Source: Candidatus Fermentithermobacillaceae bacterium (GTDB taxonomy: Bacteria > Bacillota > Sulfobacillia > Fermentithermobacillales > Fermentithermobacillaceae). Taken from it: a stretch of DNA of 64,000 bases. Position 1 is the first letter of the stretch; each line of letters starts with the position of its first letter. The stretch is taken from contig JAGPNG010000008.1 in NCBI GenBank assembly GCA_018052475.1, positions 11,885 through 75,884 of the forward strand, given 5' to 3'. The notes below the pieces were generated by a model. The model worked only from the letters and a program-made list of their open reading frames with translations. It ran no database searches and was not told where the DNA came from. The position numbers were made by a program, and so were the translations under genes. Of the stretch, positions 17,436-28,405 are shown in pieces.

Positions 17436-19418
17436 ATGGCTGTTGCCAAAATGCGGAAAGTAACGATATTTGCTTACGAAGAGATTGGTGAATCCATCTT
17501 TGAGACTCTAAGAGACTTGGAGATCCTTCATGTTATTAAGAGCGAATCCTATGGTCATAGGGAGCGCGGAGATGCAGAGGGACCGGAGGTAGATGAGGCC
17601 AAGTACAATGAGACACTTTCCCAATTATCGGCTATTAAGTCTTACTTTGAACGTTACACGAGTATCAAGAAGAGCTTCATAGATATGTTTACAGGCGCAA
17701 AGCCTCAGATGTCATATGAGGACTTTCAGAAGGTCGTCGCCAGATATGATGTGGCAGAGACTTTCGACAAGGTACAGTCCCACGAAAAGCGTTTAAGAGA
17801 GATAGACAAGGAAATCGAGGAACTCAGCCAGAGAACCCAGGTCCTTGAGCCTTGGGTTGACTTCGATATCCCGATTTCCCATATGGGTCCAACAAAAACC
17901 TGTGACATGCAGTTGGCAATAGTCCCTACTCGGTCTTTGAGCGAGGCAGTGAAGGAAATTCCTTTGGAGCATGTGCACTTTAAAGTTATATGGCAGGAGC
18001 ACGGAAATTCGGGCGTGTGGCTGGTTGGTCTTTCGGACGAGGAGCCTTCGCTTAGCGCAGTGGTGTCTGCCTTCGGAGGCGTAATCGTAAACTTAGGCAG
18101 AGAAGTGGCAGGGTATTCCGAAACCGGACTGGTTAGCGATGCGCTCGCGAATATCGAAAAGAAAAAGGAAGAACTTTTGAACGAACGCAATGCGATTCTA
18201 GTTGAAGATTCTGAGGTGGCTCAGAATCTCATGGATATACTTGCGCTAATAGACTATTACCTTGACAAGAAGAATCTGTTCGAGATCCACCAAGAAGTAG
18301 CCAAGACTAGATTCACTCTGGTCATAGAGGGCTATGCTAGGGCAAAAGAGATCGATAAGCTCAGAAACGGTCTCGGCATGTACAAAGATATTGAGGTCAT
18401 AGATGAGGAACCGGGGCAAGACGAGGACATTCCAGTGCTCCTTGAGAATAACGCTTTGGTGAGGCCATTTGAGTTCGTTACGAATATCTATGGGTATCCT
18501 CAATACAATGAAATGGATCCTACTCCTTTCTTGGCCCCGTTCTTCTGGGTGTTCTTTGCTATGTGTCTAGGCGACGCTATCTACGGGATCATTCTTTCTA
18601 TATTTTCCATCGTGTTTCTTAGGACGCAAAACCTTGAGGATGATAAGCTCATCAAGCTGCTGGGCTATTGCGGAATATCTACTGTGTTTGCGGGCGCACT
18701 CATGGGCAGTTGGCTAGGGGATTTGCCGAAGACCTTTTTGGCAGGAACTGCTTTTGAGAAATTCACGTCAAGCATCGCTATTTTGGATCCGGTTAATGAT
18801 CCTATCACGCTTCTTATCGTATCTTTGGGGCTAGGCATTCTTCATATCTGGGTTGGCATAATTGTGAAAATGATTGGCACCATAAGGCAAGGGGCGGTCG
18901 TCGATGGGATACTGAGCCACGGTTCGTGGGTTGTGTTCTTGCCGGGTCTCATCCTTTGGGCAGTTTCTCAGATGGGGATCATACAAAGCAGCGTTCCACT
19001 CTACATCATGATTGCAGGTGCAGTAGGGATAATGTGGTCCGGTGCTAGGAATCAGAAGAATATCCTCATGAAGCCGATATCGGCAATTGGCGGCTTTTAT
19101 TCAATGCTCTCTTATTTCTCAGATACGCTATCTTATGCCAGAATTCTTGCGTTAGGATTGGCCAGCGCCATAATAGGGGTCGTGGTGAACATGGTTTCAG
19201 CACTGGTTGTTGATATGGTACCTGGAGTCGGATGGGTCTTTGTCCCTGTGATATTGATCGTAGGACATCTTTTCAACCTTTTGATAAACGCGTTGGGTAG
19301 TTTTATTCACTCGGGCCGTTTGCAATATGTTGAGTTTTTCAGTAAGTTTTTCGAAGGAGGTGGAACTCCCTTTAGGCCTCTGAAACGGGTAAGGAAAAAC
19401 GTGTGGGTCGTAGAATAG
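17436..19418 (+). CDS. V/A-type ATPase subunit I (membrane a-subunit).
   Basis: 660 aa with a hydrophilic N-terminal half and a C-terminal polytopic membrane domain; operon position before the proteolipid. Confidence 0.8.
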   Translation: MAVAKMRKVTIFAYEEIGESIFETLRDLEILHVIKSESYGHRERGDAEGPEVDEAKYNETLSQLSAIKSYFERYTSIKKSFIDMFTGAKPQMSYEDFQKVVARYDVAETFDKVQSHEKRLREIDKEIEELSQRTQVLEPWVDFDIPISHMGPTKTCDMQLAIVPTRSLSEAVKEIPLEHVHFKVIWQEHGNSGVWLVGLSDEEPSLSAVVSAFGGVIVNLGREVAGYSETGLVSDALANIEKKKEELLNERNAILVEDSEVAQNLMDILALIDYYLDKKNLFEIHQEVAKTRFTLVIEGYARAKEIDKLRNGLGMYKDIEVIDEEPGQDEDIPVLLENNALVRPFEFVTNIYGYPQYNEMDPTPFLAPFFWVFFAMCLGDAIYGIILSIFSIVFLRTQNLEDDKLIKLLGYCGISTVFAGALMGSWLGDLPKTFLAGTAFEKFTSSIAILDPVNDPITLLIVSLGLGILHIWVGIIVKMIGTIRQGAVVDGILSHGSWVVFLPGLILWAVSQMGIIQSSVPLYIMIAGAVGIMWSGARNQKNILMKPISAIGGFYSMLSYFSDTLSYARILALGLASAIIGVVVNMVSALVVDMVPGVGWVFVPVILIVGHLFNLLINALGSFIHSGRLQYVEFFSKFFEGGGTPFRPLKRVRKNVWVVE

Positions 19419-19477
19419 TTGCTTTTGACTGAAAAGAGCAAGTAAAAAGAGCAAGGCGATACTGGGAGGGGTTTAGT

Positions 19478-20038
19478 GTGTTTGAAGGAATGATAGGAAA
19501 GTGGGTTTTGATAGGTTGTGTATTGCTTTTTGGAATGCTCATTGTGGGTTTGATTTTTGGACCGCTTCTTGGCGGCAACGTTTTGGCTCTCATGGGCGCA
19601 GGGTTAGCAGTGTTTCTCGGAGGGATCGGTTCTATTGTGGCAGTAGGAGCTACGGGAGAAAAAGCTGCTGGGATGACTGCCGAAAACCCCGAAAATTTCG
19701 GACGTCTTTTGCCACTGCAGGCTCTTCCGGGAACTCAGGGCATCTACGGTTTCTTGGTAGGCTTCCTTGCTTTGGTCAAAATAGGTGCGTTTGGCGGAGT
19801 TATGGATCTTGACCTCGCGCAGGGCTGGCAGGTTTTCTTCGCGTGCGTACCGGTTGCCGTCACTTGCTTGGTGTCAGCTTTGTACCAGGGGAAGGTTTGT
19901 CTGGCTGGTATGGATATCGTGGCAAAGAAGCCTGAAGAATCAGGAAAGTCCCTTATTCTTCCGGCTATGGTTGAAACCTATGCTGTTTTGGGACTCTTGG
20001 CTTCAGTCCTGATGATAATGTTTGCAGTCAAAATCTAG
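19478..20038 (+). CDS. V/A-type ATPase proteolipid subunit K (c-ring).
   Basis: Duplicated two-hairpin proteolipid with Gly/Ala-rich TM helices and the conserved carboxylate in the last helix (AMVETYAVLGL). The start may be downstream of 19478. Confidence 0.75.
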   Translation: MFEGMIGKWVLIGCVLLFGMLIVGLIFGPLLGGNVLALMGAGLAVFLGGIGSIVAVGATGEKAAGMTAENPENFGRLLPLQALPGTQGIYGFLVGFLALVKIGAFGGVMDLDLAQGWQVFFACVPVAVTCLVSALYQGKVCLAGMDIVAKKPEESGKSLILPAMVETYAVLGLLASVLMIMFAVKI

Positions 20039-20050
20039 GGGGAAAATCAT

Positions 20051-20671
20051 ATGCCCTTAGAGGACATTTTAAGAAAAATAGACGAGAAAGCGGATCATCT
20101 CAAGGAAGAGATTATTTCCGCCGCACAAACGCAAGCCGAGTCTAAGCTCAAATCTGCAGCTGAAACGGCATCTATGCTTGAAGCCAGTATTTTGGAAGAA
20201 GCACGCGAACGTGCGGCTCGAATTGAGAGCATTGCCGTATCTCGAGCTGAAATGAATAAGAAGCAGATGCTTCTGGAAGCCAAACAACAGCTGATCTCCG
20301 ACACTCTCAGGGAAGTGTTGGAAGAGTTTCGGAACATGCCGCAGGAACAATACAGGGGATTGCTTCTGGACTGGATTTCTCTCAGGGCCCAAGGCACAGA
20401 GATGGTAATAGTTAGTGAATGGGAAAGAGAGAGCCTGGGCGAGGATTTTTTGGAAGCGGCAAATGAGAGACTCCGGGAAATCGGCAAAGAAGGCAGTCTC
20501 ACTATCTCATATTCCCCGGAGTATCTAGGCGGTGGACTCATTCTGAAAAAGGGCGGAATATCAGATAACCTGACATTTCCTGCTATCCTGAATTTCATGA
20601 AAGAGGATCTTGAGCTCGAAGTGGCCACGATACTTTTTGGGAAAACTCAGGAGAAGGAGAGTGCGTCTTGA
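20051..20671 (+). CDS. V/A-type ATPase subunit E.
   Basis: 206-aa charged helical protein in the operon position after K. Confidence 0.7.
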   Translation: MPLEDILRKIDEKADHLKEEIISAAQTQAESKLKSAAETASMLEASILEEARERAARIESIAVSRAEMNKKQMLLEAKQQLISDTLREVLEEFRNMPQEQYRGLLLDWISLRAQGTEMVIVSEWERESLGEDFLEAANERLREIGKEGSLTISYSPEYLGGGLILKKGGISDNLTFPAILNFMKEDLELEVATILFGKTQEKESAS

Positions 20672-21747
20672 ACGACTATCTTTGGGCAAATCCGGTGGGA
20701 AGGATAAGGTTTATCGAAAAGACGCTTCTCACTCGAAGCGATCTAATGCGGGTCTTAGAGGCGCCCACGCTCGAAAGCGCCCAATCGGCGCTGAGGGATT
20801 CTTACTATGGGCCTTATGTATCAAAACTTGATAATTCCAATGACTTTGAGCCCGCGCTTGAAGCGGCCATGAAGGGGATTTACGAGGGTATTCTCGAAAT
20901 CGCACCTGAGCCCATAATAATTGATGCGTATAGGGCGCGGTATGACTTTCACAATCTCAAGGTCATTCTAAAGGCAGAGGTTTTGGATGTAGCGCCGGAC
21001 GACAGCGCTTTTTCGCAACTGGGTAACTTTGACCTTGTTGCGCTTGATAACTTGATTGCTCAAGCGCGCAAAGAAGATGATGCTACGTTGAGAGCAAAAA
21101 AGAAAAAGCGTCTTCAAACAGACGATCCCAGAGAAAAGAGCCTTTATGCTATAGGTTTGGAGATCGAAGAAGTCTATCGTGACATCCGCAATGTATCTCT
21201 TACCAGATCACTGTCACCTTTTGAGGTAGACAGTCACATTGATAAATCATACTACTCCTGGATCGGAAACCTCTACAGGAGACATGGTTATTACTTCCTT
21301 ATCGAGTTCATACAGCGGGAGATCGACATACTTAACATGAAGATGCTAATGAGAAGCTATCGTCTGAAAATTTCTCCTGACGATTTTGCCAAAGCGGTCC
21401 TCGAAGGGGGGACCATCAAATCTGACCTCTTGGTGAGTGCTTTTGCCCAGGGTCCAAAAGGTGTATACGCAGTATATCAAGGTTCTGAACTAGAGAAACT
21501 GGCAGGGCGCGGCCTCTCCTTTGTGGAGAAGAATGAGCCGTTGACTCGTTGGGAGAAGGATTGCGATGATGCAATCTCAGAGATTGTCAAGGAAGCAGGC
21601 AAGGTGGCGTTGGGCCCAGAGCCTGTTTTCGGATATGTGTTTGGGAGAGAAATCGAAACGAAGAATCTAAGGATCATATTCTCAGGGAAGCAATCTTCCG
21701 TTCCCGAGAGCAAGATTAGAGAGAGGTTGCGTGAGAGTTATGCCTAA
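20668..21747 (+). CDS. V/A-type ATPase subunit C (d-subunit family).
   Basis: 359 aa; operon position between E and F; overlaps both neighbours. Confidence 0.7.
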   Translation: MNDYLWANPVGRIRFIEKTLLTRSDLMRVLEAPTLESAQSALRDSYYGPYVSKLDNSNDFEPALEAAMKGIYEGILEIAPEPIIIDAYRARYDFHNLKVILKAEVLDVAPDDSAFSQLGNFDLVALDNLIAQARKEDDATLRAKKKKRLQTDDPREKSLYAIGLEIEEVYRDIRNVSLTRSLSPFEVDSHIDKSYYSWIGNLYRRHGYYFLIEFIQREIDILNMKMLMRSYRLKISPDDFAKAVLEGGTIKSDLLVSAFAQGPKGVYAVYQGSELEKLAGRGLSFVEKNEPLTRWEKDCDDAISEIVKEAGKVALGPEPVFGYVFGREIETKNLRIIFSGKQSSVPESKIRERLRESYA

Positions 21748-22063
21748 GGTTGCGGTATTAGGGCAAAGGGATGCGGTGTTAGGGTTCAAGGCAAGTGGAG
21801 CTGTTGCCTTCCCAGCTGACAGCCCCGAAGAAGCTCGCAAGCGTTTGAGCGAGATACTCGAAAACGATTACGCTATTGTGCTGGTCACGGAAGAGATAGC
21901 CGAGGTTCTAGAAAAGGAATTGGAACCCTTATACAGCATGCCCAAACCGGTGATTACGGTTTTGCCTGATTCTAAGAAACCCAGAGGTATGGGAATGGAA
22001 CTTTTGCGCAGGCGAGTTGAAAGAGCTGTCGGAGCGAACATATTGTTCAAGAGAGAGGAATGA
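21731..22063 (+). CDS. V/A-type ATPase subunit F.
   Basis: KVAVLGQRDAVLGFKASG N-terminus typical of subunit F; 110 aa. The ATG at 21740 is an alternative start. Confidence 0.75.
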   Translation: MRVMPKVAVLGQRDAVLGFKASGAVAFPADSPEEARKRLSEILENDYAIVLVTEEIAEVLEKELEPLYSMPKPVITVLPDSKKPRGMGMELLRRRVERAVGANILFKREE

Positions 22064-22069
22064 TGCGGC

Positions 22070-23839
22070 GTGGCGGAAAGCCAGGTTATAGGTCGGATAG
22101 TAAAGGTGTCCGGCCCTTTGGTGGTAGCTTCTGGGATGGCCGGCTGCCGCATGTTCGACGTTGTGAGGGTCGGTAACAACAAGGTTATAGGCGAGGTTAT
22201 CGAGCTTAAAGGTGATACCGCTTCAATTCAGGTATATGAGGAAACATCGGGTCTAGGCCCTGGCGAACCTGTTGTGTCTACCGGTGCTCCTCTAAGCGTC
22301 GAACTAGGGCCAGGACTTATCGGGTCGATCTATGACGGTATTCAAAGACCTCTTAATGTTTTGGCCGATATGGCCGGAGACTATATTTCCCGGGGGCTGG
22401 AGGCTCCTGGTCTCGATAGAGAGAAGAAGTGGCACTTTGTGCCTTATGTCGATGTTGGCGATGAGGTATTTGCAGGGGATATTCTGGGAACTGTACGAGA
22501 AACCCCATTGGTTTTGCATAGGATAATGGTGCCCCCCAAAATAGCTAAGGGGACCGTAAAAGCGATTGAAGAAGGAGACTTTACGGTTACGGAAGTTGTG
22601 TGCGAACTAGAAACTCAGGAAGGACCAGAGGAAATTTCTATGCTTCAAAAGTGGCCGGTTCGTCTCCCTAGACCGGTAAAGCAGAAACTTCCTCCTGTGG
22701 AACAGCTGGTTACAGGCCAGAGAATAATCGATACGTTTTTCCCGATAGCAAAGGGAGGAACAGCATGCGTGCCCGGTCCGTTTGGAAGCGGAAAGACCGT
22801 AATTCAACACCAACTGGCCAAATGGGCAAATGCGGACATAATAGTTTATGTAGGTTGCGGTGAACGCGGCAATGAGATGACCGACGTCTTGCTTGAATTC
22901 CCGGAGCTTTTGGATCCAAGTTCGGGCAGACCCCTTATGGAAAGGACCGTGTTGGTAGCCAATACGTCGAATATGCCGGTAGCAGCCCGTGAAGCCTCTA
23001 TTTACACCGGAATTACTTTGGCTGAGTACTATAGAGACATGGGTTATGATGTTGCCCTTATGGCAGATTCTACATCGCGTTGGGCTGAAGCGCTGAGAGA
23101 AATATCCGGCCGGTTGGAAGAAATGCCCGGTGAAGAAGGGTACCCTGCATATCTTGGTTCAAGGCTCGCAGAATTCTACGAACGGGCAGGTAGGGCGCGT
23201 CTTCTTGGAAATGGCGACAGGCAAGGAGCTTTGAGCGCCATAGGCGCGGTATCCCCTCCGGGCGGTGATTTGTCTGAACCGGTAACCCAGGCTACATTGC
23301 GGTTGGTTAAAGTATTCTGGGGTCTGGATGACCGCCTTGCAGCAAGGAAGCATTTCCCCGCTATCAATTGGCTGGATAGCTATTCGCTTTACACAGACAC
23401 CCTGGATCCTTACTTCCGAGAGTCAGTTGGGAAAGACTTTCCTGAGTTGAGAGACGAGGCAATGGCTCTTTTACAGGAAGAAGACGAGCTTCTCGAAATA
23501 GTTAGGCTGGTCGGTGTAGATTCATTATCCGACAGGCAGAGGATGGTGTTGGAAACGGCCAAGTCCTTGAGAGAGGACTTTCTCTACCAGGTTGCGTTTC
23601 ATGAAGTAGATACGTATTGTTCCCAAAGAAAGCAATATGGCCTCCTCAAGATCGTTCTTGAGTTTCACCGTAATGCCATGGAACTTCTGGATAGGGGCGT
23701 GAAACTGGATAGGATTCTGAGCATGGAAGTAAGAGATCGTATTGCAAGGGCCAGAGTAGTGCCTGAAGACAAATGGACGCAAGAGTATGAGAGCATTATG
23801 GCGGCCATCCGAGATGAGCTTTGGGCCGGAGTCCTTTGA
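22070..23839 (+). CDS. V/A-type ATPase catalytic subunit A.
   Basis: Walker [10 protein letters not shown] and Walker B context; 589 aa; the characteristic non-homologous insert region of A subunits is present. Confidence 0.9.
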   Translation: MAESQVIGRIVKVSGPLVVASGMAGCRMFDVVRVGNNKVIGEVIELKGDTASIQVYEETSGLGPGEPVVSTGAPLSVELGPGLIGSIYDGIQRPLNVLADMAGDYISRGLEAPGLDREKKWHFVPYVDVGDEVFAGDILGTVRETPLVLHRIMVPPKIAKGTVKAIEEGDFTVTEVVCELETQEGPEEISMLQKWPVRLPRPVKQKLPPVEQLVTGQRIIDTFFPIAKGGTACVPGPFGSGKTVIQHQLAKWANADIIVYVGCGERGNEMTDVLLEFPELLDPSSGRPLMERTVLVANTSNMPVAAREASIYTGITLAEYYRDMGYDVALMADSTSRWAEALREISGRLEEMPGEEGYPAYLGSRLAEFYERAGRARLLGNGDRQGALSAIGAVSPPGGDLSEPVTQATLRLVKVFWGLDDRLAARKHFPAINWLDSYSLYTDTLDPYFRESVGKDFPELRDEAMALLQEEDELLEIVRLVGVDSLSDRQRMVLETAKSLREDFLYQVAFHEVDTYCSQRKQYGLLKIVLEFHRNAMELLDRGVKLDRILSMEVRDRIARARVVPEDKWTQEYESIMAAIRDELWAGVL

Positions 23840-23884
23840 GCCAATAACAGGCCGGAGTGAAAGTTTTAGCATGGGGGAATCTAA

Positions 23885-25279
23885 ATGCCGTTGGAATACA
23901 CGACGATTACGCAGATAGCAGGGCCGTTGATTATAGTCGATCAAGTTACCGATATACACTATGACGAATTAGTAGAAGTCGAAACTGGCGATGGGCAGAT
24001 TCGACGGGGGCGGGTGCTCGAAGCTAGCGAAGGCTCGGCACTAGTGCAGTTATTCGAGGGCACAACGGGTCTCGATGTTAAGTCATCGAAAGTGAGATTC
24101 TTAGGTAGAGTACTTGAGATCCCTGTCTCACCGGACATAGTTGGGAGAATATTTGACGGGGCCGGGAACCCAATCGATGATGGACCCAGGATTGTGCCGG
24201 ACAAGAAATTGGATATAAACGGTAGCCCGATCAATCCGTACGCGCGGGCTTACCCTTCTGAGTTCATACAGACGGGAATTTCATCCATAGATTGTATGAA
24301 CCCATTGGTACGTGGGCAAAAGCTTCCTATCTTCTCAGGGGCCGGGCTTCCCCACGCTCAAATCGCCGCTCAGATTGCTAGGCAGGCAACGGTTTTAGGT
24401 ACGCAGGAGCCTTTTGCAGTTGTGTTAGGGGCTATGGGCATCACTTTTGAAGAGGCCGATTTCTTCATTACGGATCTGAGAACAAGCGGGGCTTTGGACA
24501 GAGCGGTCTTGTTCATCAATCTAGCTAACGATCCGGTTATCGAAAGGATCGCTACTCCCAGAATGGCGCTCACTGTAGCCGAATATCTAGCATTTGAATT
24601 GGATATGCACGTTTTAACGATACTGACAGATATGACGAACTATGCTGAAGCTTTGCGTGAGATTTCGGCTGCGAGAAAAGAGGTTCCGGGCAGAAGAGGA
24701 TATCCCGGCTACATGTATACAGACCTTGCATCGATATATGAAAGGGCGGGAAGAATTACCGGCAAGAAGGGTTCAATAACGCAGATACCTATTCTGACGA
24801 TGCCCGAAGATGACAAGACTCATCCGATTCCTGACCTGACTGGATACATTACAGAAGGGCAGATAATTTTGTCGAGAGAGCTTCATAAGATGGGGATATA
24901 TCCTCCTACGAACGTTTCGGTGTCATTGTCAAGGCTTAAAGACAAAGGCATTGGGGAAGGGAAAACCAGGGAGGATCACGCCGACGTTTTGAACCAGCTT
25001 TCAGATGCTTACGACCGGGGTAAGGAAGCTGCTGAACTAGCAGTAGTTTTGGGCGAGGCTGCTTTGTCTGAGTCTGATCGGATCTTTCTTAAGTTCTCAG
25101 AAGAGTTCGAGCGGAGATTCGTGAATCAAAGACCCGATGAAAACAGAACGATCCAAGAGACATTGGACATCGGTTGGAGCCTTATGTCGCTTCTGCCCAG
25201 ATCTGAGATTAAGCGTGTATCCCAGGAGAATATGGACAAATACATGCCGAAGGATGCGGAACGAAAAGTCAGCGACTGA
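23885..25279 (+). CDS. V/A-type ATPase subunit B (regulatory).
   Basis: 464 aa; [18 protein letters not shown] and the [15 protein letters not shown] motifs typical of V-ATPase B. Confidence 0.9.
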   Translation: MPLEYTTITQIAGPLIIVDQVTDIHYDELVEVETGDGQIRRGRVLEASEGSALVQLFEGTTGLDVKSSKVRFLGRVLEIPVSPDIVGRIFDGAGNPIDDGPRIVPDKKLDINGSPINPYARAYPSEFIQTGISSIDCMNPLVRGQKLPIFSGAGLPHAQIAAQIARQATVLGTQEPFAVVLGAMGITFEEADFFITDLRTSGALDRAVLFINLANDPVIERIATPRMALTVAEYLAFELDMHVLTILTDMTNYAEALREISAARKEVPGRRGYPGYMYTDLASIYERAGRITGKKGSITQIPILTMPEDDKTHPIPDLTGYITEGQIILSRELHKMGIYPPTNVSVSLSRLKDKGIGEGKTREDHADVLNQLSDAYDRGKEAAELAVVLGEAALSESDRIFLKFSEEFERRFVNQRPDENRTIQETLDIGWSLMSLLPRSEIKRVSQENMDKYMPKDAERKVSD

Positions 25280-25293
25280 GGGGGTGACAGACC

Positions 25294-25941
25294 ATGCCGA
25301 TCAAGGCAAACGCGACTCGGCAGGAGCTCACACGGCTTAAGGGCAGGTTAAGCATGGCCAAACGTGGTCATACGCTCCTTAAAGATAAAAGAGATCAGCT
25401 TATGAAAGAATTTCTGGCTATTGTGCATGAGAGCCAGAGACTAAGGCTGGAGCTCGAAGAGAAACTTGCAGATGCGTATAGAAGTTTTTCCCTTGCACGA
25501 GCTGTTCTTTCACCATCGATACTTGAGGAGGCGCTTATGGTTGCCGGTGGAGCCGAGGAGGTTTCTATATCCTACCGCAACATCATGAATGTGTCTGTGC
25601 CCCAGATGGAGATCGTTCACGGTGATCATGAAGAGGCGATAGAGACGTCAGGTTTTCATCCAAACTATGGCTTGGCTGTGACTTCATCTGATTTAGATGA
25701 TGCCATAGAAGAATTCCATGGGATTTTGCCTCTCTTGGTCCGCTTGTCTACTGTCGAGCGCACCATCCATCTCTTGGCAGACGAAATAGAAAAGACTAGG
25801 CGAAGGGTAAATGCTTTGGAATATGTCCTTATCCCGGAATTGGAAGAAGCAGTCAAGAGCGTTGAGATGCGCTTAGAAGAAATGGAACGCGAAAACGTAT
25901 CCAGGCTGATGAGGATCAAAGATGTGGTTAGGGCTCGTTGA
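25294..25941 (+). CDS. V/A-type ATPase subunit D.
   Basis: 215 aa; coiled-coil central-stalk protein (MPIKANATRQELTRLKGRLSMAKRGHTLLKDKRDQL); last gene of the operon. Confidence 0.8.
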   Translation: MPIKANATRQELTRLKGRLSMAKRGHTLLKDKRDQLMKEFLAIVHESQRLRLELEEKLADAYRSFSLARAVLSPSILEEALMVAGGAEEVSISYRNIMNVSVPQMEIVHGDHEEAIETSGFHPNYGLAVTSSDLDDAIEEFHGILPLLVRLSTVERTIHLLADEIEKTRRRVNALEYVLIPELEEAVKSVEMRLEEMERENVSRLMRIKDVVRAR

Positions 25942-25986
25942 GGGTAAAAACATGCTTACCTGCTTTGATCGTATAAGGAGATACCT

Positions 25987-27264
25987 ATGAAGGAGTTAGT
26001 TGTTTCTGGCGGAAAGCCACTAAACGGCAGAATAAAGTGCGACGGTGCGAAGAATGCGGCTTTGCCCATTTTGGCAGCAACGCTTCTTACTCATGGGGTC
26101 ACCCACCTAACACAAATACCGTATCTTGCCGATGTAGAGACGATGCTTGCGATTTTGTCATCTGTTGGAGCAAGCACCAAAATGTCATCCGGACAGGTAC
26201 GCGTAAGAGCGGAACACCTTGTGTGTGATGTGCCTTATGAATTAGCTCGCATGATGAGAGCTTCATTTCTGGTTATGGGGCCGCTTTTGGTGCGCTGCGG
26301 CGAGGCGCATGTGCCTTTGCCCGGTGGTTGTGCCATCGGGCGAAGACCCGTGGATCTTCATCTCAAGGGTTTTGAAGCGATGGGAGCTGTCGTGTCTATG
26401 GAGCAGGGAAATATCATTGCCAAGGCGCCGAGGTTGCACGGGGCCGATATCTACCTTGACGTTCCTTCGGTCGGAGCGACAGAGAATATCATGATGGCGG
26501 CTTCATTGGCCGAAGGAGTTACCACCATAGACAACGCCGCTCAAGAGCCGGAGATAGTTGACCTTGCTAATTTCTTAAACGCTGCTGGGGCAAAGATAAG
26601 CGGAGCAGGGACTTCGAGGATAAGAATAAAAGGTGTCAAACAACTCCATGGCGTTGAATATACTATTATCCCTGATAGGATCGAGGCAGCTACCTATCTA
26701 GTGGCAGCGGCAGCTACATTGGGCAACATCTGCGTTGAAAATGTTATTCCTGCGCATCTTACTTCCGTTCTGGCCAAGCTTGAGGAATGCGGGTATGTCG
26801 TTTTGGAGTCAGATAGCGGCGTTGAGATTATCAGTGAATCGCGCCCGAAGCCTGTAAACATCAAAACCATGCCATATCCCGGGTTTCCAACAGATGTTCA
26901 GGCTCCTTTTGCAAGCCTTTGCAGCTTAGGGTTGGGAACCAGCGTCATATCCGAAACTGTTTTTGAGAGCCGGTTTGGCTATGTCGAAGAATTAGAACGC
27001 ATGGGCGCAGATATTAGGGTTGAAGGTCCCAATGCCATTGTCGAGGGTGTTGACTACCTCAAGGGTGCTAATGTCCATGCACGGGACCTGCGAGGGGGCG
27101 CCGGGTTATGTATAGCCGCTCTTTCTGCAGATGGCATAAGCCATATTACCGGAGTGGAGCATCTGGAAAGAGGATATTCAGATTTTTGTGGGAAATTGCG
27201 GTCTTTGGGGGCCGAGATATCTTATGGCTACGATGTGGATCAGCCGTTGCGACTAGTCAAATGA
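25987..27264 (+). CDS. murA: UDP-N-acetylglucosamine 1-carboxyvinyltransferase.
   Basis: KCDGAKNAALPILAATLL N-terminus and active-site Cys context (GGCAIGRRPVDLH); 425 aa. Confidence 0.9.
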   Translation: MKELVVSGGKPLNGRIKCDGAKNAALPILAATLLTHGVTHLTQIPYLADVETMLAILSSVGASTKMSSGQVRVRAEHLVCDVPYELARMMRASFLVMGPLLVRCGEAHVPLPGGCAIGRRPVDLHLKGFEAMGAVVSMEQGNIIAKAPRLHGADIYLDVPSVGATENIMMAASLAEGVTTIDNAAQEPEIVDLANFLNAAGAKISGAGTSRIRIKGVKQLHGVEYTIIPDRIEAATYLVAAAATLGNICVENVIPAHLTSVLAKLEECGYVVLESDSGVEIISESRPKPVNIKTMPYPGFPTDVQAPFASLCSLGLGTSVISETVFESRFGYVEELERMGADIRVEGPNAIVEGVDYLKGANVHARDLRGGAGLCIAALSADGISHITGVEHLERGYSDFCGKLRSLGAEISYGYDVDQPLRLVK

Positions 27265-27285
27265 AAGTGACTTTAATACGAGAAC

Positions 27286-28320
27286 ATGGGTGAGGTGGAA
27301 TGTTTGAGGTTAGGTAAAGACGTAGGGATTGATCTTGGAACCTCATCGGTATTGGTATTCGTCTCCGGCAAGGGGATAGTTCTTCACGAACCGTCAATCA
27401 TATCGATTCATAGAGACTCGAAAGAAGTCTTGGCAGTCGGCGAAGAAGCCAAACGGATGGTAGGCAGAACTCCGGGGAACATAGTTACGGTACGTCCCCT
27501 TATGCAGGGAGTAATAACTGATATCGAAGTTACCGAAACCATGTTGAGATACTTTTTGCGCAAAAGCGTAGGGTCGATGATGATAGCAAAACCTAGGGTC
27601 CTTCTCTGCGTGCCATCTGCAGTAACATCTGTTGAAAGAAGGGCTGTTCTTCAGGCGGGCATTGCTGCCGGTGCCGGCAGTGTGTACCTTATCGAGGAAC
27701 CTTTGGCTGCGGCTCTTGGAGCAGGGTTGAACATAAAGCGTCCCAGAGGGCATATGATAGTAGACATTGGCGGCGGGACTACCGATATTGCGGTATTGTC
27801 CCTAAACGATATCGTAACCGGCGCTACAACTCGGGTAGGCGGCAATGCTTTTGACGATCAAATAGTGAAATACATCCGTAGAGCACACAGACTTCTAATT
27901 GGTGAGTCTACTGCAGAGGATGTAAAGATCGCCATAGGATCTGCCCACGCGGAATCTACTGACGAATTAGAGTATGAAGTTAGAGGGCGAGACGCGCTTA
28001 CCGGTTTGCCCAAGAGCGTGATCGTTCGTTCTTCCGACATAAGAAGCGCTTTGTCTGAGTCCTTGGAAGTTATCGGCATGAATGTGCGGGCGGTTTTGGA
28101 CCGAACTCCGCCTGAACTTGTATGCGATATCATAGACCGCGGCATCATACTTACCGGCGGCGGGGCTTTGTTAAAGGGTATGGATTCCTACATAAGGGAC
28201 TTAACAGGTTTGTCAGTTCACATTGCGGAAGATCCGATTTCTTGTGTCGCCAAAGGTACACAAGTTGCGTTAGAGGACTTTGAAACCTACAAAGACCATA
28301 TGAATAGGTTGTCCAAATAG
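27286..28320 (+). CDS. mbl: MreB-like actin homologue (Mbl/MreB).
   Basis: DVGIDLGTSSVLVFV phosphate-1 motif and DIGGGTTDIAVLS phosphate-2 motif. The real start may be the TTG at 27304, which has a GGTGAGGTGG SD. Confidence 0.85.
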   Translation: MGEVECLRLGKDVGIDLGTSSVLVFVSGKGIVLHEPSIISIHRDSKEVLAVGEEAKRMVGRTPGNIVTVRPLMQGVITDIEVTETMLRYFLRKSVGSMMIAKPRVLLCVPSAVTSVERRAVLQAGIAAGAGSVYLIEEPLAAALGAGLNIKRPRGHMIVDIGGGTTDIAVLSLNDIVTGATTRVGGNAFDDQIVKYIRRAHRLLIGESTAEDVKIAIGSAHAESTDELEYEVRGRDALTGLPKSVIVRSSDIRSALSESLEVIGMNVRAVLDRTPPELVCDIIDRGIILTGGGALLKGMDSYIRDLTGLSVHIAEDPISCVAKGTQVALEDFETYKDHMNRLSK

Positions 28321-28405
28321 AAGCACTTCTCGGGATCTCCTCTTTTTTTGCACAACTCTAATCACTTTCCCTTTTCTTACGATACAAGTTGAGGGGGAGT
28401 TATTC

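Noticed and set aside
16886-17449. A 187-aa ORF on the - strand, together with many other 60-200-aa antisense ORFs (for example 651-4106, 20095-20628, 60335-60931).
   Set aside because: They lie wholly within, and antisense to, confidently assigned genes such as mnaA, the V-ATPase genes and uvrB. They are compositionally biased, Ser/Ala/Arg-rich shadow ORFs without ribosome-binding sites.
19501-19812. A 103-aa Arg/Ser/Cys-rich ORF in an alternative + frame.
   Set aside because: It overlaps the V-ATPase proteolipid gene in another frame. It is a frame-shadow of a Gly/Ala-rich coding region.
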